A stretch of 64,000 bases of DNA from an uncultured Acetatifactor sp. (GTDB lineage: Bacteria > Bacillota > Clostridia > Lachnospirales > Lachnospiraceae). Shown one piece after another: positions 51,301 through 60,180 of the stretch. The position numbers and the translations under genes are program-made. Location of the stretch: positions 11,676 to 75,675 of the forward strand of contig CAYOGM010000001.1 in the NCBI GenBank assembly GCA_964403595.1, given 5' to 3'. The first letter of the stretch is position 1; every line of letters begins with the position of its first letter. The notes under the pieces are model-generated. The model was not told where the DNA came from. It saw nothing but the letters and a program-made list of their open reading frames with translations, and did no database searches.

Positions 51301-52547
51301 GCATCAGTGGGCGCACCCTCAAGTACGACACCGTTTGCATCTTCCCAACGGAAGGTCAAAGCACCCTCAGCAGGAGTAATCTCAATCTGCTCGCCGGTTG
51401 CAGGGTCAACTTCCTCAGACAATACCTTAACGGTAATCTCTGCATCTGCGCCACCTACAGTAGGAGCTGCAACTGCCTCACCATTGTAAAGGCGAATCAA
51501 ATCAGCACCCTCTGCGAGATGATTGTTGATGATTACCACTTCGGTGTCCACCAACTCTTCGATTCTCAGATTGATCATATCGCGCTGAACAAGCTCGCAG
51601 TTCGCCTGATGCTGCTCCTTAAGAGTCACAGCAATCCAAACGCTATAATCACTGCCCAGCTTCATCACAGTTTCATCAGCAAGTGCCTCAGTGCCAAGAC
51701 TCTCCTTAACAGTGATAACAGGATCATTTACAAATACCTTGTAAGTATCCACTGTCTTACCATTAGCAGCGTCTGTAGCATTGTCAGCAAGTCCCCAAGC
51801 CTGAGCAAGGAGCTCCTTCACTTCCTTAACTGTGTGACCGGAATCCATCTTCTCGTTAAAGATGGTCTTGTCATATGTAACATACATTTCTTTCTTCTCG
51901 ATAACAAAATCTACAGACGCATCATCTGCAACTGCAAACTTCTTATCGATGGAGATAACCAGCTTGTACTCACCTGCACCAACAGGTACTACGCCCTCAG
52001 CCATATTAGCATAAGCGCCGTCAGCACCCTTCTGCTGCCACTGGAACTTCAGCTGATTCTCCAAATCTGTGTTGTCGTAAAAATCCTCTGTTGCAACTCT
52101 TACATAATAAGTGCTTGATTCCTCCAGCTTTTTCACAAAAGCATCAAAAGGATTTGCTTCGCTCTCATCATAAACAGTTGAAACAATCCAGCCATTGTTT
52201 ACATAGTCAACATTCCAAGGATAATTATAATCCTCGTCTAAATAGTAGAGATTCTCTACAAAAATCTCAGCCGGCTCTCCATATTCGGAACCGTCTGTGG
52301 TACCAGTCGCGTCGCCTTCAGCCAGGACTGTGGCATCTGCAGACTCAGTCGCAGCATCTGTAACATCTGTCACATCAGCAGCTTCTGTCACGACATCAGC
52401 ATTACTCTCTGCCGCATAGGCAGTAGATGCCGGCACGGTACCTGTTACCATTGCCGCTGCAAGTAACAACGCAAGAAATCTTTTGCTGTTTGCCAGCATC
52501 TTCTTACGGTTTACCCGCAACTTGTGTTTCTTCATGAAATTTTTCAT
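45339..52547 (-). CDS. Giant secreted surface protein, N-terminal 2402 aa (paralog of 34792-40617)
   Basis: Signal peptide FLALLLAAAMVTG..AYA-AE, KVYDG repeats, Big_2- and FN3-like units. RBS GGGAGG before ATG 52547. Confidence 0.8.
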   Translation of the reverse strand: MKNFMKKHKLRVNRKKMLANSKRFLALLLAAAMVTGTVPASTAYAAESNADVVTEAADVTDVTDAATESADATVLAEGDATGTTDGSEYGEPAEIFVENLYYLDEDYNYPWNVDYVNNGWIVSTVYDESEANPFDAFVKKLEESSTYYVRVATEDFYDNTDLENQLKFQWQQKGADGAYANMAEGVVPVGAGEYKLVISIDKKFAVADDASVDFVIEKKEMYVTYDKTIFNEKMDSGHTVKEVKELLAQAWGLADNATDAANGKTVDTYKVFVNDPVITVKESLGTEALADETVMKLGSDYSVWIAVTLKEQHQANCELVQRDMINLRIEELVDTEVVIINNHLAEGADLIRLYNGEAVAAPTVGGADAEITVKVLSEEVDPATGEQIEITPAEGALTFRWEDANGVVLEGAPTDANAYYYRAVYTDAEGIYASSDAAIRVVVEPATLVLKPTYSSDSSVFAGSSVNTVLRNVSYGLFSVDANGVATEFTGFDKDTFWGVSYNNPDKVQSYSPVFALEMGQTTSEKVGEEVVTNTVWTKVTGSIVYPSGLNKIEIGGEEKDVTVAYRIVFTGNKGLYESGVATSTIDVNTVVNHSDTNYVINTNDLTADAITLEVKANANAVIDVTAMLKDGKGAAYSNAYTKVYDGEPLYADRAEYKKAVVKAQATNTEIARDTDDTLSYLWYTYKVVDVKDEKGNVVKDEAGNPVQEVQYTRYYGTDYAELPQDAGKYCLKVVYKDPTNEYAAEPAYVYFDIQKQLVKSVISGEPVAYTGTYVGDFEAICASTLTHKLYLVPGNDMTLTDDKLVEMTEVMAWNEQYPEYPLYTVDWYVEVGDNTNKDVAEYGRAGDWSTFREKLLYRVGAEVDFCYNSYTDVYYNNFTNNYEVVEEGVTVTKSYGNTLDINVKKMGDIEIDVRVDEDKRGAYKKVYDGTGFDLTKALESGYITLVEKNTDNVIPVIGEGALDVQFVWESYDEYLGRYVDSYGVVSPSNARSYNLYIRFAGNETYKNFNVYLDTFIIEERDLFITPVMKESIQAGLRADDEDFYSSVVDMTKTSVTGYIDADASVFGNGILANAMGLVFDYDYGYNVFDEEGDYYYAYLRTGKNYGIETYVWFDVDLDYVVFDAVEYVLWDRYADNYNIVAMRTAFTPNVRGTSSVYDTNTEHHNAEYAEGEAYVTPLTAVPHYHNLTDINDEVLPEGNYFEVTIKAPKEFMEDTDYYTDNFDRFVYKNAVEKAGGYVLSENSYNGLIKLAFPVEDKTDKSFVILWEEGYTETYTICLTKAECQANLRDAVAPKSLSFNAPNKKMYVGETQQLDVKIGRVLSTDVVLLNYEVVDGTDVMSVVKDTGVVTALKKGTATVEVYPVRLTQDGEYERIADFKKKVTVKIKVLDVTAPKINALKAYDTYMYLEYKIPEDGYRREVYVLPGKGLKAADFESKIAANGNADFAGCWEYTADYEDYYSSVCKYAGWGFDLQPDTDYTVYVRNVSAIRETADGKEVAASAAGSVKSFKTTKRQFDRAKLEIAEKSKDVVQYNTVTGLYDVPLSAKSINVNLLLRYLYKDSQVAADDSDYTWLQYALSKQDQAYYMNPKLEFFVIDDWNDRSEVKTSEYKCKVGSWYYKASKLATFDKKGNVKLKGVGVVTLCIRDTVRDITYTFSPEFNIYANVTKIDAKKLVLKEGSAADLYNSLTFYDGKTKLNGVDGFRDQNGILQAQYELLVQSSDPEAVEIRDGYICALQPDKKVTLTIALASNPTVSTTMEVNTKAMDAIKGLKVYDITDVGARASFTHTANLRDEYAEYPFYDFYEEFKVTIQDSRGSIVESFVVSQDNDNLYLNEDKTNFKKGVYAYELDFREIGLYRQSNYTVSIAPLFNHSSLGKAVSKKFKTTNIPASYEELDENEYYGNIWVGKYDDSYEVKPYQVYLVSGNTYTLRFEDNLDAEDRMSDKLTWKSTNTKVASVKANTGTFTATFKALKPGVTDIEIVSKVTKKVIAREQFVVIPVRDGVGAYGAWEPVDFEVIIAENGVEPLDLVNPTRFFKEYPVTSLYRDYFFATFTAPFDGEFTFSIDNDASGDVEFIDAKLSGEDYAINYYGGTIAMEEGQTIDLTMLAYFGWDWEVDFSVSVSAVKAYNKLILGGTANSKDSNCIRFVAPADNYYTFSATKANMTAGVKVNNTTRNDILLYNADNNTSSKKNGVSMAKGDILLLTLYNTNVAYDVTVQGRVATALSTTATVATGDLKKGEEKWFSFTAPVAGNYTFASASANEILKADYYTSIMNENMDHTLSQLISEGVETNNFSEVLNLDKDEEVLLRVYTDSETAVKAEISVSQPKVDTVSLGASKKITIEKDKEVWVGFEVPTADTEYCFDYEYEVEKDKEYKVYASYYANSVDNASVVANGDKISGY

Positions 52548-52594
52548 GAATTGCTTCCTCCCTTCGGTTATTTTGATAGTATAACTCATCATCT

Positions 52595-52624
52595 AGAATA
52601 CTATATAATGCCATCATTTGTCAA
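52595..52624 (-). promoter_or_regulatory. Putative SigA promoter TTGACA-N18-TATTCT
   Basis: Perfect -35 box; conserved with the promoter at 40661-40690. Confidence 0.55.
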
Positions 52625-52664
52625 TTTACAGCAATGTCTTTTTTCTTTTTTCGTACATTCCTAC

Positions 52665-52703
52665 AAAAAAATGTTCCTAATCCCGTCGATTAGGAACATT
52701 TTT
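52665..52703. terminator. Rho-independent terminator (potentially bidirectional)
   Basis: AAAAATGTTCCTAATC-loop-GATTAGGAACATTTTT right after the stop at 52712. Confidence 0.85.
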
Positions 52704-52711
52704 ATCATACT

Positions 52712-55381
52712 TTACAATTCATAATATGCAATTCCGATACTTTCCACACCGGAGCTGCAAGCTACAGTAAGAGATGCCTTCTGAATGATAATACGTTCAA
52801 ATTCTACCCGTTTCCTCACCTCATCAGCAAGCCACTCCAGTTGTTTTACTGTACAACCCACATGAGTTATCACAACAATCTGCCTGCTTATCTTACGACG
52901 TTTACGCAAATGCATGCGAATTCCCTGTCTCCATGTTGACTCCATACTACCTCCCAGAAACATAGACAATTTAACCCGTTTTTGGCGCATAACAGCAACA
53001 GGATGCAGATGCAAATGCCGACAAAGCTTCGCCACCAGCGCACTGGTTCTTCCGCTCTTCCAGTACACATCTGCTCCGGGCAAAATAAACTGGGTACGAA
53101 TCTTCTTCTTTATCTTCTCAACTTCCTCGCAGATTTCATCCACATTTTTGCCCGCTGCAGCCGACCATGCTGCTCCCAGCACCACAAGCCCCATACCACC
53201 TGACACCTGTTCCGAATCTATGACATGCACATGGTCAAAGCTCTTAGCCGCTATAACCGCCGTTTCATAGCTCCGTCCCACACCGGCACCCATGGCGATA
53301 TGTATCACTTCCTCCGCCTCCGTGAGACGTTCCGCAAAAAACTCCTCAAACTCCTGTACTGTAACACTGTCAGCCTGCACACTGCTGCTGTCCGCCGTCA
53401 TATATTGCGCAAGGCTGTCCGAATCAATTTCACGAGTGTCAGCAAATCTGCCGTATGGTGTCTTGATATACAGATACATCAGCTTAATATCGTATTTCTC
53501 CAAATGCTCCGCCGGAATATCACACACACAGTCCGCCGTCACGCAGATTTTCTTGCGTCTCTTTCTTCCCGCATTTTGGAAATAACTGCCTTCGGGAATC
53601 CCCATGGAAGCATCCTGCAGCTCCAATATCTCCGGTGGCAGAAGCTGCGCAATTTCCTTCTCCATAAGCAGCCCCTGAATTGGTTTCTCCACATATCCGT
53701 CAAAGCCCTCAGACAGATACTGTTTTCTTACCTCCGGACCGGAATTGGCTGTCAAAGCAATTACAGGAGTTTCCCTGCACAACCCATTTTCTTGTTCACG
53801 CAGAGCCTTTAGGGTATCCGAACCATTCATACCCGGCATCATATAATCCAGCAAAATCACATGGTAGAACTTCTTTTTGGTCATATCCAGACATTCCACG
53901 CCACTATGTGCCACATCTACCTGTACCTTGGTATAAGACAAAAGTCTCTTGGCTACAATGGCATTCATGTCGTTATCGTCCACCACAAGCACCCTGGCTT
54001 CCGGTGCCACAAATCCGGGTTTGTAGGTCTCTCCCTCCAACACCTCACGATGTTGGAAATCCACCACACCAATCGGATGCTTGTCCACAATCTTCTGAGC
54101 CAGTGTCACCGTAAAGGTAGTACCCTTCGTGTAGATGCTGTCCACTGTGATTTCTCCGTCCATCAAATCCACCAGCTGCTTGGTGATAGCCAGTCCCAGA
54201 CCGCTTCCCACAATACGAGTGTTCCTTTTCTCGTCCACACGATTGAAGGAGTCATACAGACAATCGATATCCTCCTTACGAATACCAATACCGGTATCAG
54301 CAACCTCCACCTTTAAAAGGACTTCCCCATCCTTGGTTTGTTCTCCCGCTACCGAAAGTGTTACCGAACCTTCCAAGGTATACTTTACCGCATTGTCCAA
54401 AATATTTAAGAGAACCTGTTTAATGCGCTTCTCATCTCCCAAAAGAACTGAAGGGAGGTTTTTGTCGATATCAACATACAGCTCCAGTTTCTTTTTCTCC
54501 ATCTGTATACGTATCAGCTCTATCAGCTCACTAAACAGCACCTCCGTGCGGTACTCTACCGGAACCACACGCATCTTCTTCATCTCCATCTGGGACAAAT
54601 CCAGAATATCGTTAATCTGGTTCAAAAGCATCTTACTGGCAAGCTGAATGTCCATAGCATACTCTCTGGTCTCGCCATCAGGATTACTTCGCAGAATCAT
54701 TTCATTCAGACCGATAATGGAATTGATGGGGGTTCGGATTTCATGGCTCATATTGGCAAAGAAAACATTCTTGGAATTGCTGCTTCGTTCCAGTTCCTCC
54801 CGTTGGGCAATATTCTGCTTGTGTTCTGCCTCAAAGACATGCATCTGAACCTTCAAAATCATTCCTACGCACATTCCCACAGCAAATATCGAAAAAAATG
54901 AATCAATATAAGCAATCGCCTGCGAACTCATTGGTACAATTAAATCAGGTCTATAATACGCCGCCAGATAGGTTCCACCATACATAACACCACATAGCAC
55001 AAGAAAAGCTACCATCTTCTTGCCGGTAAACATGACACAAATATAGAATACTCCTAACGCCATCCATACAGAGGGGCCGCCCTCCAATGCTCCACTCATA
55101 AGGAATAATACAGGAAACACCATGACAATAACGAGCAAACCAATCAGTGTTGCCGCCAGATCAAACTTGCCATATTTAAACATAACAAACAGGCTGGTTC
55201 CCATCACCAACAGCAACAACAGCAGAAAGGTAATCAAAAGTGCATCCAATTGCATAATAAACAGGATTTCTGCAATTCCAACTATGGTTGCCAGACCGCC
55301 TACCATGATAATCGAGCGAAGCATTCTCTCCCTCAACTCGCAGTCTTGTCCAAAAACGAGTTGGTGTATCTTCTTCCACAT
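52712..55381 (-). CDS. Membrane hybrid histidine kinase (HisKA-HATPase-REC) fused to a C-terminal DegV/FakB-like domain
   Basis: FFANMSHEIRTP, NAVKYT, DTGIG, GSGLGL; REC motifs LVVDDN..LLDYMMP; DegV-like ICVTADCVCDIP..LEKYDIKLM, HVIDSEQVSGGMG, SGR. Confidence 0.82.
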   Translation of the reverse strand: MWKKIHQLVFGQDCELRERMLRSIIMVGGLATIVGIAEILFIMQLDALLITFLLLLLLVMGTSLFVMFKYGKFDLAATLIGLLVIVMVFPVLFLMSGALEGGPSVWMALGVFYICVMFTGKKMVAFLVLCGVMYGGTYLAAYYRPDLIVPMSSQAIAYIDSFFSIFAVGMCVGMILKVQMHVFEAEHKQNIAQREELERSSNSKNVFFANMSHEIRTPINSIIGLNEMILRSNPDGETREYAMDIQLASKMLLNQINDILDLSQMEMKKMRVVPVEYRTEVLFSELIELIRIQMEKKKLELYVDIDKNLPSVLLGDEKRIKQVLLNILDNAVKYTLEGSVTLSVAGEQTKDGEVLLKVEVADTGIGIRKEDIDCLYDSFNRVDEKRNTRIVGSGLGLAITKQLVDLMDGEITVDSIYTKGTTFTVTLAQKIVDKHPIGVVDFQHREVLEGETYKPGFVAPEARVLVVDDNDMNAIVAKRLLSYTKVQVDVAHSGVECLDMTKKKFYHVILLDYMMPGMNGSDTLKALREQENGLCRETPVIALTANSGPEVRKQYLSEGFDGYVEKPIQGLLMEKEIAQLLPPEILELQDASMGIPEGSYFQNAGRKRRKKICVTADCVCDIPAEHLEKYDIKLMYLYIKTPYGRFADTREIDSDSLAQYMTADSSSVQADSVTVQEFEEFFAERLTEAEEVIHIAMGAGVGRSYETAVIAAKSFDHVHVIDSEQVSGGMGLVVLGAAWSAAAGKNVDEICEEVEKIKKKIRTQFILPGADVYWKSGRTSALVAKLCRHLHLHPVAVMRQKRVKLSMFLGGSMESTWRQGIRMHLRKRRKISRQIVVITHVGCTVKQLEWLADEVRKRVEFERIIIQKASLTVACSSGVESIGIAYYEL

Positions 55382-55384
55382 TTC

Positions 55385-58198
55385 CTATCTCTCCTTACTC
55401 TCCAGCTGATTTTTCAACTTCATCGTCAATTCCACCGCCGAAACATAATCTGACATCTCAATCTTTTTCTTAACCGGAGCCAAAGTTTCCTTTAAGGAAG
55501 CTGTACAATAGCTGTGACTCTGTAATTCCGTCACAATCTCAAGAAGCTTTTCTCCGTCCCATGCATACATGGCACTTTCCATATCCTGTACAATCGTGTC
55601 AAATACTTCTTTGGCCAGTACAGAACCTTCTGCCACCTGTTCCTGCTCCTCCTTCGATTCTGCCTGTTCTTCCATCATTTTCTTTATCCACTTATTTTCT
55701 CTCAAAACCGCAAACAGGTTATGGTAAACCTCCATAAGTTCAGGATGATGCTCATGAATATAATCTATTCGTCCTTCCTTGCCGGCGAACTCCAGCTTCC
55801 GGGCTATTTCCGAAACAGGCGTGGCACCGATACTACGCATGGCACCTTTAATACCATGCACTGCGATTACATAGTTCTTCCAGTCCTCCTGCTCATACAG
55901 TTTGCCTGCCAAAGCGCCAAGTTCATCGCTTTCATCACAATATCCCTGCAACACAGTAAGATATCCTTCCACACCGTTGCAGTACAACACACCCTTGCGG
56001 ACGTCAATACCCATGGGGCCAAATTCCATCTCCAGCTGCCCCAGTCCCGGAAGAAGCTCCTCCCCTGCCGTCACTTCATCAACCGAGCTGTAATCCGTAA
56101 TCTGTATTGTTCTACGATTTACCTGCTCACCATATCTTATATCCTCTGTATATACAATCTTATCTTTGGGCAGATGACGCTTTAACACTCTCTCCAGAAC
56201 GGAGCGTTCCACCGGCTTTTCCAAAAAATCATTAAAGCCCTCTTTCAAAAACATTTCTCTTGTTCCTGCCACCGCATTGGCTGTCAACGCAATGATTGGC
56301 ACCTTTTGGAAATAGGTTCCCACCTTGTATCGGATATGATGTAAGGTCTCCACTCCATCCATCTCCGGCATCATATGGTCCATAAACACAAAATCATAAT
56401 CTGCCGTAGAAATCTTTTCCAAAGCCTCATGACCACTGACTGCCGTAGTAACCTTAATCTTATAACTGGCAAGAAGCCCTTCGATAACCCTGATATTCAT
56501 GCGGTTGTCATCCACCACCAGCACGTGGGCGTTCTGTGTCTCAAATTTTTCCTCCAACTTTGTCTGGCCGGCCTCCGCATTCAATATAGAGGCAATGGTA
56601 AGAATGTGGAAAGGTTTATAAACCTTATACACCCTGGGATTGGTTACAATATTATCATCAACACGGTCCAATATTACAACCACCTTGGTTGTCGATGCCA
56701 TTGCATCAAACTCTGCCTGATTGGCACGGTATTCAAGAATGCTTATAAAAATATGGGTTAAGCTCTCCTTCTCAGCAATTCTCTGTAGCTGCGCAAAATC
56801 ACGACAGGTATGACACTTCACCCTCAGCTGTTCTACCATGTGTATAATCAGCTTGGAATATTCATCTCTGGTCTCCACCATGGTAAATTGTTCCATATCA
56901 ATATAAGTCGCCACATTCACTTCATCATTGTTGCGGAGGGAAGCAATTGGTGTCTCATCCAAGACCTTCTGAGGAATAGCAATCTGAACAACCGTACCCT
57001 TCCCCGGCTTACTCCTCACAGTGATTGCACCGCCCATTTTCTTAACCAACGCATTGGAAATGGCAAGGCCGAGACCAACTCCACCCACCTGACGGTTTCT
57101 TGATGTATCTGCCTGACTGAATCGGGTAAACAGCTTCTCCAGACTAGCCGCATCCATACCGATTCCGGTATCCTTCACAGACACCAGAAGATTAATTCCA
57201 TAGCTCTCCTTGCGATATCCTACCCAGATGCTTACGCACCCTTCCTCGGTGAATTTGATTGCATTATCCACCAATTTCATGATAACTCTGCGCAATTTTT
57301 TCTCATCTCCCAAAAGTGCATTGGGGATGTTTGCATCACAGTTCACAATTAACTCAATCTTTTTCTCATTTTTTTGAGCCATGGTCATATTAATTACATC
57401 ACTGATAGTAGAAGAAATACTATAGGCTTCCTGCTCCAGCTCAATCTTGCCGGATTGAAGCTCAGAATAATCCACAATATCGCTGACTACAGCCATCAAA
57501 TCGCGACCCGCCAACTGAATATTCATTACATTTTCTTTGATTTTATAAGGCAAATCCTCCTCGAGGACAATTTCACTCATACCACAAATCGTATTCAACG
57601 GAGTCCTGATTTCATGGCTGATATTCGCAAGGAAATCATCCTTACTGCGTTCCACCTCACCAAGCTCCTCAATCACGTGGAGCAGCTGTGTACTGCCCTC
57701 GCTGTTTCTCTTTGTCCAAACATACACAACAAACTGCAAGATAAACACATTCGACACTTGCATTACTGCTGTAAAAATTTCATATGCCGTACTCCAAGGT
57801 ATGGTATCCAGAACAAACCCGTGATACCCAAAAATGACCAGTATCGAGACTACCGAGTACCAGATTACATCCGTTATTCCGTAAAGTCCCAACAGCACTA
57901 CAAACAACATATAAATAGGCAGAACACGGATGATACTGTCCACATACATGGCATAAAGAATAATACTCAGCTGCATCATGATGGATGTGAACTTCGCCCG
58001 AAAATCGTATGTCTTATATTGTCCTGCAAAGCAAATCCAGCTGGCCCCGAGCATCAAAAGAACAAACAGGGAAATCCACTCTCCCCGTCTTTGAATGATA
58101 GCAGACACCGCCATATTCAGACCATATATCGTATATATTGTCAACTGAAACTTCTCTATTATTTTTTGATTGGAGCCTTTGTATGTAAATTTATCCAA
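55385..58198 (-). CDS. Membrane hybrid histidine kinase (HisKA-HATPase-REC-Hpt)
   Basis: FLANISHEIRTP, DNAIKFT, GVGLGL, FMDHMMPEMDG, VHGIKGAMRSIGA (Hpt). Confidence 0.88.
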   Translation of the reverse strand: MDKFTYKGSNQKIIEKFQLTIYTIYGLNMAVSAIIQRRGEWISLFVLLMLGASWICFAGQYKTYDFRAKFTSIMMQLSIILYAMYVDSIIRVLPIYMLFVVLLGLYGITDVIWYSVVSILVIFGYHGFVLDTIPWSTAYEIFTAVMQVSNVFILQFVVYVWTKRNSEGSTQLLHVIEELGEVERSKDDFLANISHEIRTPLNTICGMSEIVLEEDLPYKIKENVMNIQLAGRDLMAVVSDIVDYSELQSGKIELEQEAYSISSTISDVINMTMAQKNEKKIELIVNCDANIPNALLGDEKKLRRVIMKLVDNAIKFTEEGCVSIWVGYRKESYGINLLVSVKDTGIGMDAASLEKLFTRFSQADTSRNRQVGGVGLGLAISNALVKKMGGAITVRSKPGKGTVVQIAIPQKVLDETPIASLRNNDEVNVATYIDMEQFTMVETRDEYSKLIIHMVEQLRVKCHTCRDFAQLQRIAEKESLTHIFISILEYRANQAEFDAMASTTKVVVILDRVDDNIVTNPRVYKVYKPFHILTIASILNAEAGQTKLEEKFETQNAHVLVVDDNRMNIRVIEGLLASYKIKVTTAVSGHEALEKISTADYDFVFMDHMMPEMDGVETLHHIRYKVGTYFQKVPIIALTANAVAGTREMFLKEGFNDFLEKPVERSVLERVLKRHLPKDKIVYTEDIRYGEQVNRRTIQITDYSSVDEVTAGEELLPGLGQLEMEFGPMGIDVRKGVLYCNGVEGYLTVLQGYCDESDELGALAGKLYEQEDWKNYVIAVHGIKGAMRSIGATPVSEIARKLEFAGKEGRIDYIHEHHPELMEVYHNLFAVLRENKWIKKMMEEQAESKEEQEQVAEGSVLAKEVFDTIVQDMESAMYAWDGEKLLEIVTELQSHSYCTASLKETLAPVKKKIEMSDYVSAVELTMKLKNQLESKER

Positions 58199-58296
58199 AT
58201 GCCCTTCCCCCTGTTACTGTCATTTTGTACCTGTTTAAGCAAAAAGGGAGCCCTTAAAGCCTTGCGACTTCGGTACTCCCCCTCCTTTGCTTCGAT

Positions 58297-59649
58297 TTAA
58301 TATTTACCTGAATTACCAATCAGAGAAATAATCTGTTCATTTTTGCTGGACGACTTACTACCTCTGTATTCAGAAGAGGACCCACGTCCCCTTGAAGGTA
58401 CACTGCCATCATCCAGTTTGTATACAGTCAAGATTTCTCTTACTCTGCCAACCTGTTCTGCAAGCTCCTGACTGGCTGCTGCACACTGCTGACTGGTAGC
58501 TGAATTCGTCTGTACCACCTGAGATACCTGCTCAATTGCCTGATCAATCTGCGCAATTGCTGTTGCCTGATAATTGGAAGCTGCTGCAATATCTACGATA
58601 ATGGTTTCGCTCTGCTTAACTGCCTTGGAAATCTCATCCAAAGCTTTCGCTGTATCATCTGCAATTTTGGAACCAACACTTACCTTCTGGATAGAATCTT
58701 CAATCAGCTCTGCGGTCTCAGCTGCCGCTGCGGAGCTCTTGGCTGCCAGATTTCTTACTTCCTCTGCTACTACAGCAAAGCCCTTACCTGCTTCACCGGC
58801 TCTTGCTGCCTCAACAGCTGCATTCAATGCAAGGATATTGGTCTGGAATGCAATGTCATCAATTACCTTAATAATCTTAGAAATGCTTTCGGAGGACTTG
58901 TTAATATCTTCCATTGCATGCACCATCTGCCGCATTTCCTCGTTACCCTTCTTCACATCCTCAATTGTCTGCTCAATCAGGTCTGCTGCCACATTGGCCT
59001 GGCTTGCATTCTGCTTGGTTTTCTCTGCCACATCATCAATGGATGCCGTAATCTCTTCAATGGCACTGGCCTGCTCTGTGGAACCCTGAGCAAGAGCTTC
59101 ACTTGCACTTGCCACCTGAGAGGAGCCTGCAATTACAATCTGCGCCGAATCCATAACCTCGCTCATGGTGCTGTGGGTCTGCACCACCAGTTTCTTCAAG
59201 GAATTGCCCAGCAAATCGTTCTCAGACTTAGGTCTTACATCAATCGTAAGGTTGCCCTCCGCAACTTCACGGGCAACATGTGCATTATCACGAATGCTTT
59301 CAACAACCTGCTGCACATCATCAATCAACATTCCAAACTCATCATTGGCATGCTTCTCAAGCTTAATATCCACATTACCCGCTGCCAATGCCTCGGCTGC
59401 TTTCGTAAGCTCTGCAAAGGCCTTGCGAAGCTTTCTTGTCAAAGATATGGAAATTCCTGAAGTAATAATTGCCATTATTACGAATTCTACACATGTAAAT
59501 AGCGCGTAATTATGTAAGAATCTTTCCGGATCATCCTTGCTAAGAACCGCTTCTGCCGAAGTATATCCTGTGTACAAAGAAATTACTAATAAAACTCCAA
59601 TAATAGTAAAACCAACCAATAACTGGGTGTGCATTTTCATATTTTTCAT
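58297..59649 (-). CDS. Methyl-accepting chemotaxis protein (2 TM, HAMP, signalling domain)
   Basis: [41 protein letters not shown] motif DEFG. Confidence 0.95.
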   Translation of the reverse strand: MKNMKMHTQLLVGFTIIGVLLVISLYTGYTSAEAVLSKDDPERFLHNYALFTCVEFVIMAIITSGISISLTRKLRKAFAELTKAAEALAAGNVDIKLEKHANDEFGMLIDDVQQVVESIRDNAHVAREVAEGNLTIDVRPKSENDLLGNSLKKLVVQTHSTMSEVMDSAQIVIAGSSQVASASEALAQGSTEQASAIEEITASIDDVAEKTKQNASQANVAADLIEQTIEDVKKGNEEMRQMVHAMEDINKSSESISKIIKVIDDIAFQTNILALNAAVEAARAGEAGKGFAVVAEEVRNLAAKSSAAAAETAELIEDSIQKVSVGSKIADDTAKALDEISKAVKQSETIIVDIAAASNYQATAIAQIDQAIEQVSQVVQTNSATSQQCAAASQELAEQVGRVREILTVYKLDDGSVPSRGRGSSSEYRGSKSSSKNEQIISLIGNSGKY

Positions 59650-59654
59650 AGCGT

Positions 59655-60152
59655 CTACTCTCCTTCTTCCACTGATTCTTCACTTGCCTGTTCCAGCATA
59701 GCCAACTCTTCATCTTTTAAGAGCTTATCGGGGTCTAAAAGCAGCTTCACATCATCCCCTACTTTGCCGATTCCGCATACATATTTGTTCTGAACCTTAT
59801 CCTCATTACTGATGGTAGGGGGCGGCAAAATATTCTCCGGTATAATCTCCACTACCTCTGCAACCTTTTCTACAATCAGACCCACAACCATATCTTTGAC
59901 ATTAATTACAATGATACAGGTTCTGTCGTTGTATGCAAGGGGCTCCTGTTTGAAACGGATTCTCACATCAATTACAGGAATAATCTTGCCTCGCAGATTA
60001 ATCAATCCTTTTATGTAATCTTCACTTTCGGGAATCTCGGTAATCTCCTGAAAAACAATGATTTCTCTCACATACTCTATCTTCAGTCCGAAGTATTCGT
60101 TTCCTGATTTGAAGGTTACATATTTGTCCTGCTGCTTGTTTTCATCGCTCAT
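59655..60152 (-). CDS. cheW: Chemotaxis coupling protein CheW
   Basis: [26 protein letters not shown]. Start taken at ATG 60152. Confidence 0.92.
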   Translation of the reverse strand: MSDENKQQDKYVTFKSGNEYFGLKIEYVREIIVFQEITEIPESEDYIKGLINLRGKIIPVIDVRIRFKQEPLAYNDRTCIIVINVKDMVVGLIVEKVAEVVEIIPENILPPPTISNEDKVQNKYVCGIGKVGDDVKLLLDPDKLLKDEELAMLEQASEESVEEGE

Positions 60153-60180
60153 ATGCAACTTTTCCTTTCTGTCACTTCTA

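Larger units (their letters stand above)
41958..52547 (-). pseudogene. Single ~3,530-codon surface-protein gene interrupted by an in-frame TAA at 45339-45341
   Basis: Junction reads ...AGC GGT TAC TAA GGT TAT AAC GAG AAC GGC AAC TGG GGA AAG GTA ATG TTC AAG... Confidence 0.6.

Noticed and set aside
58240..58290. Possible terminator between the MCP and hybrid kinase genes
   Set aside because: Only a short GGGAG/CTCCC stem with a long loop is present, too weak to call.
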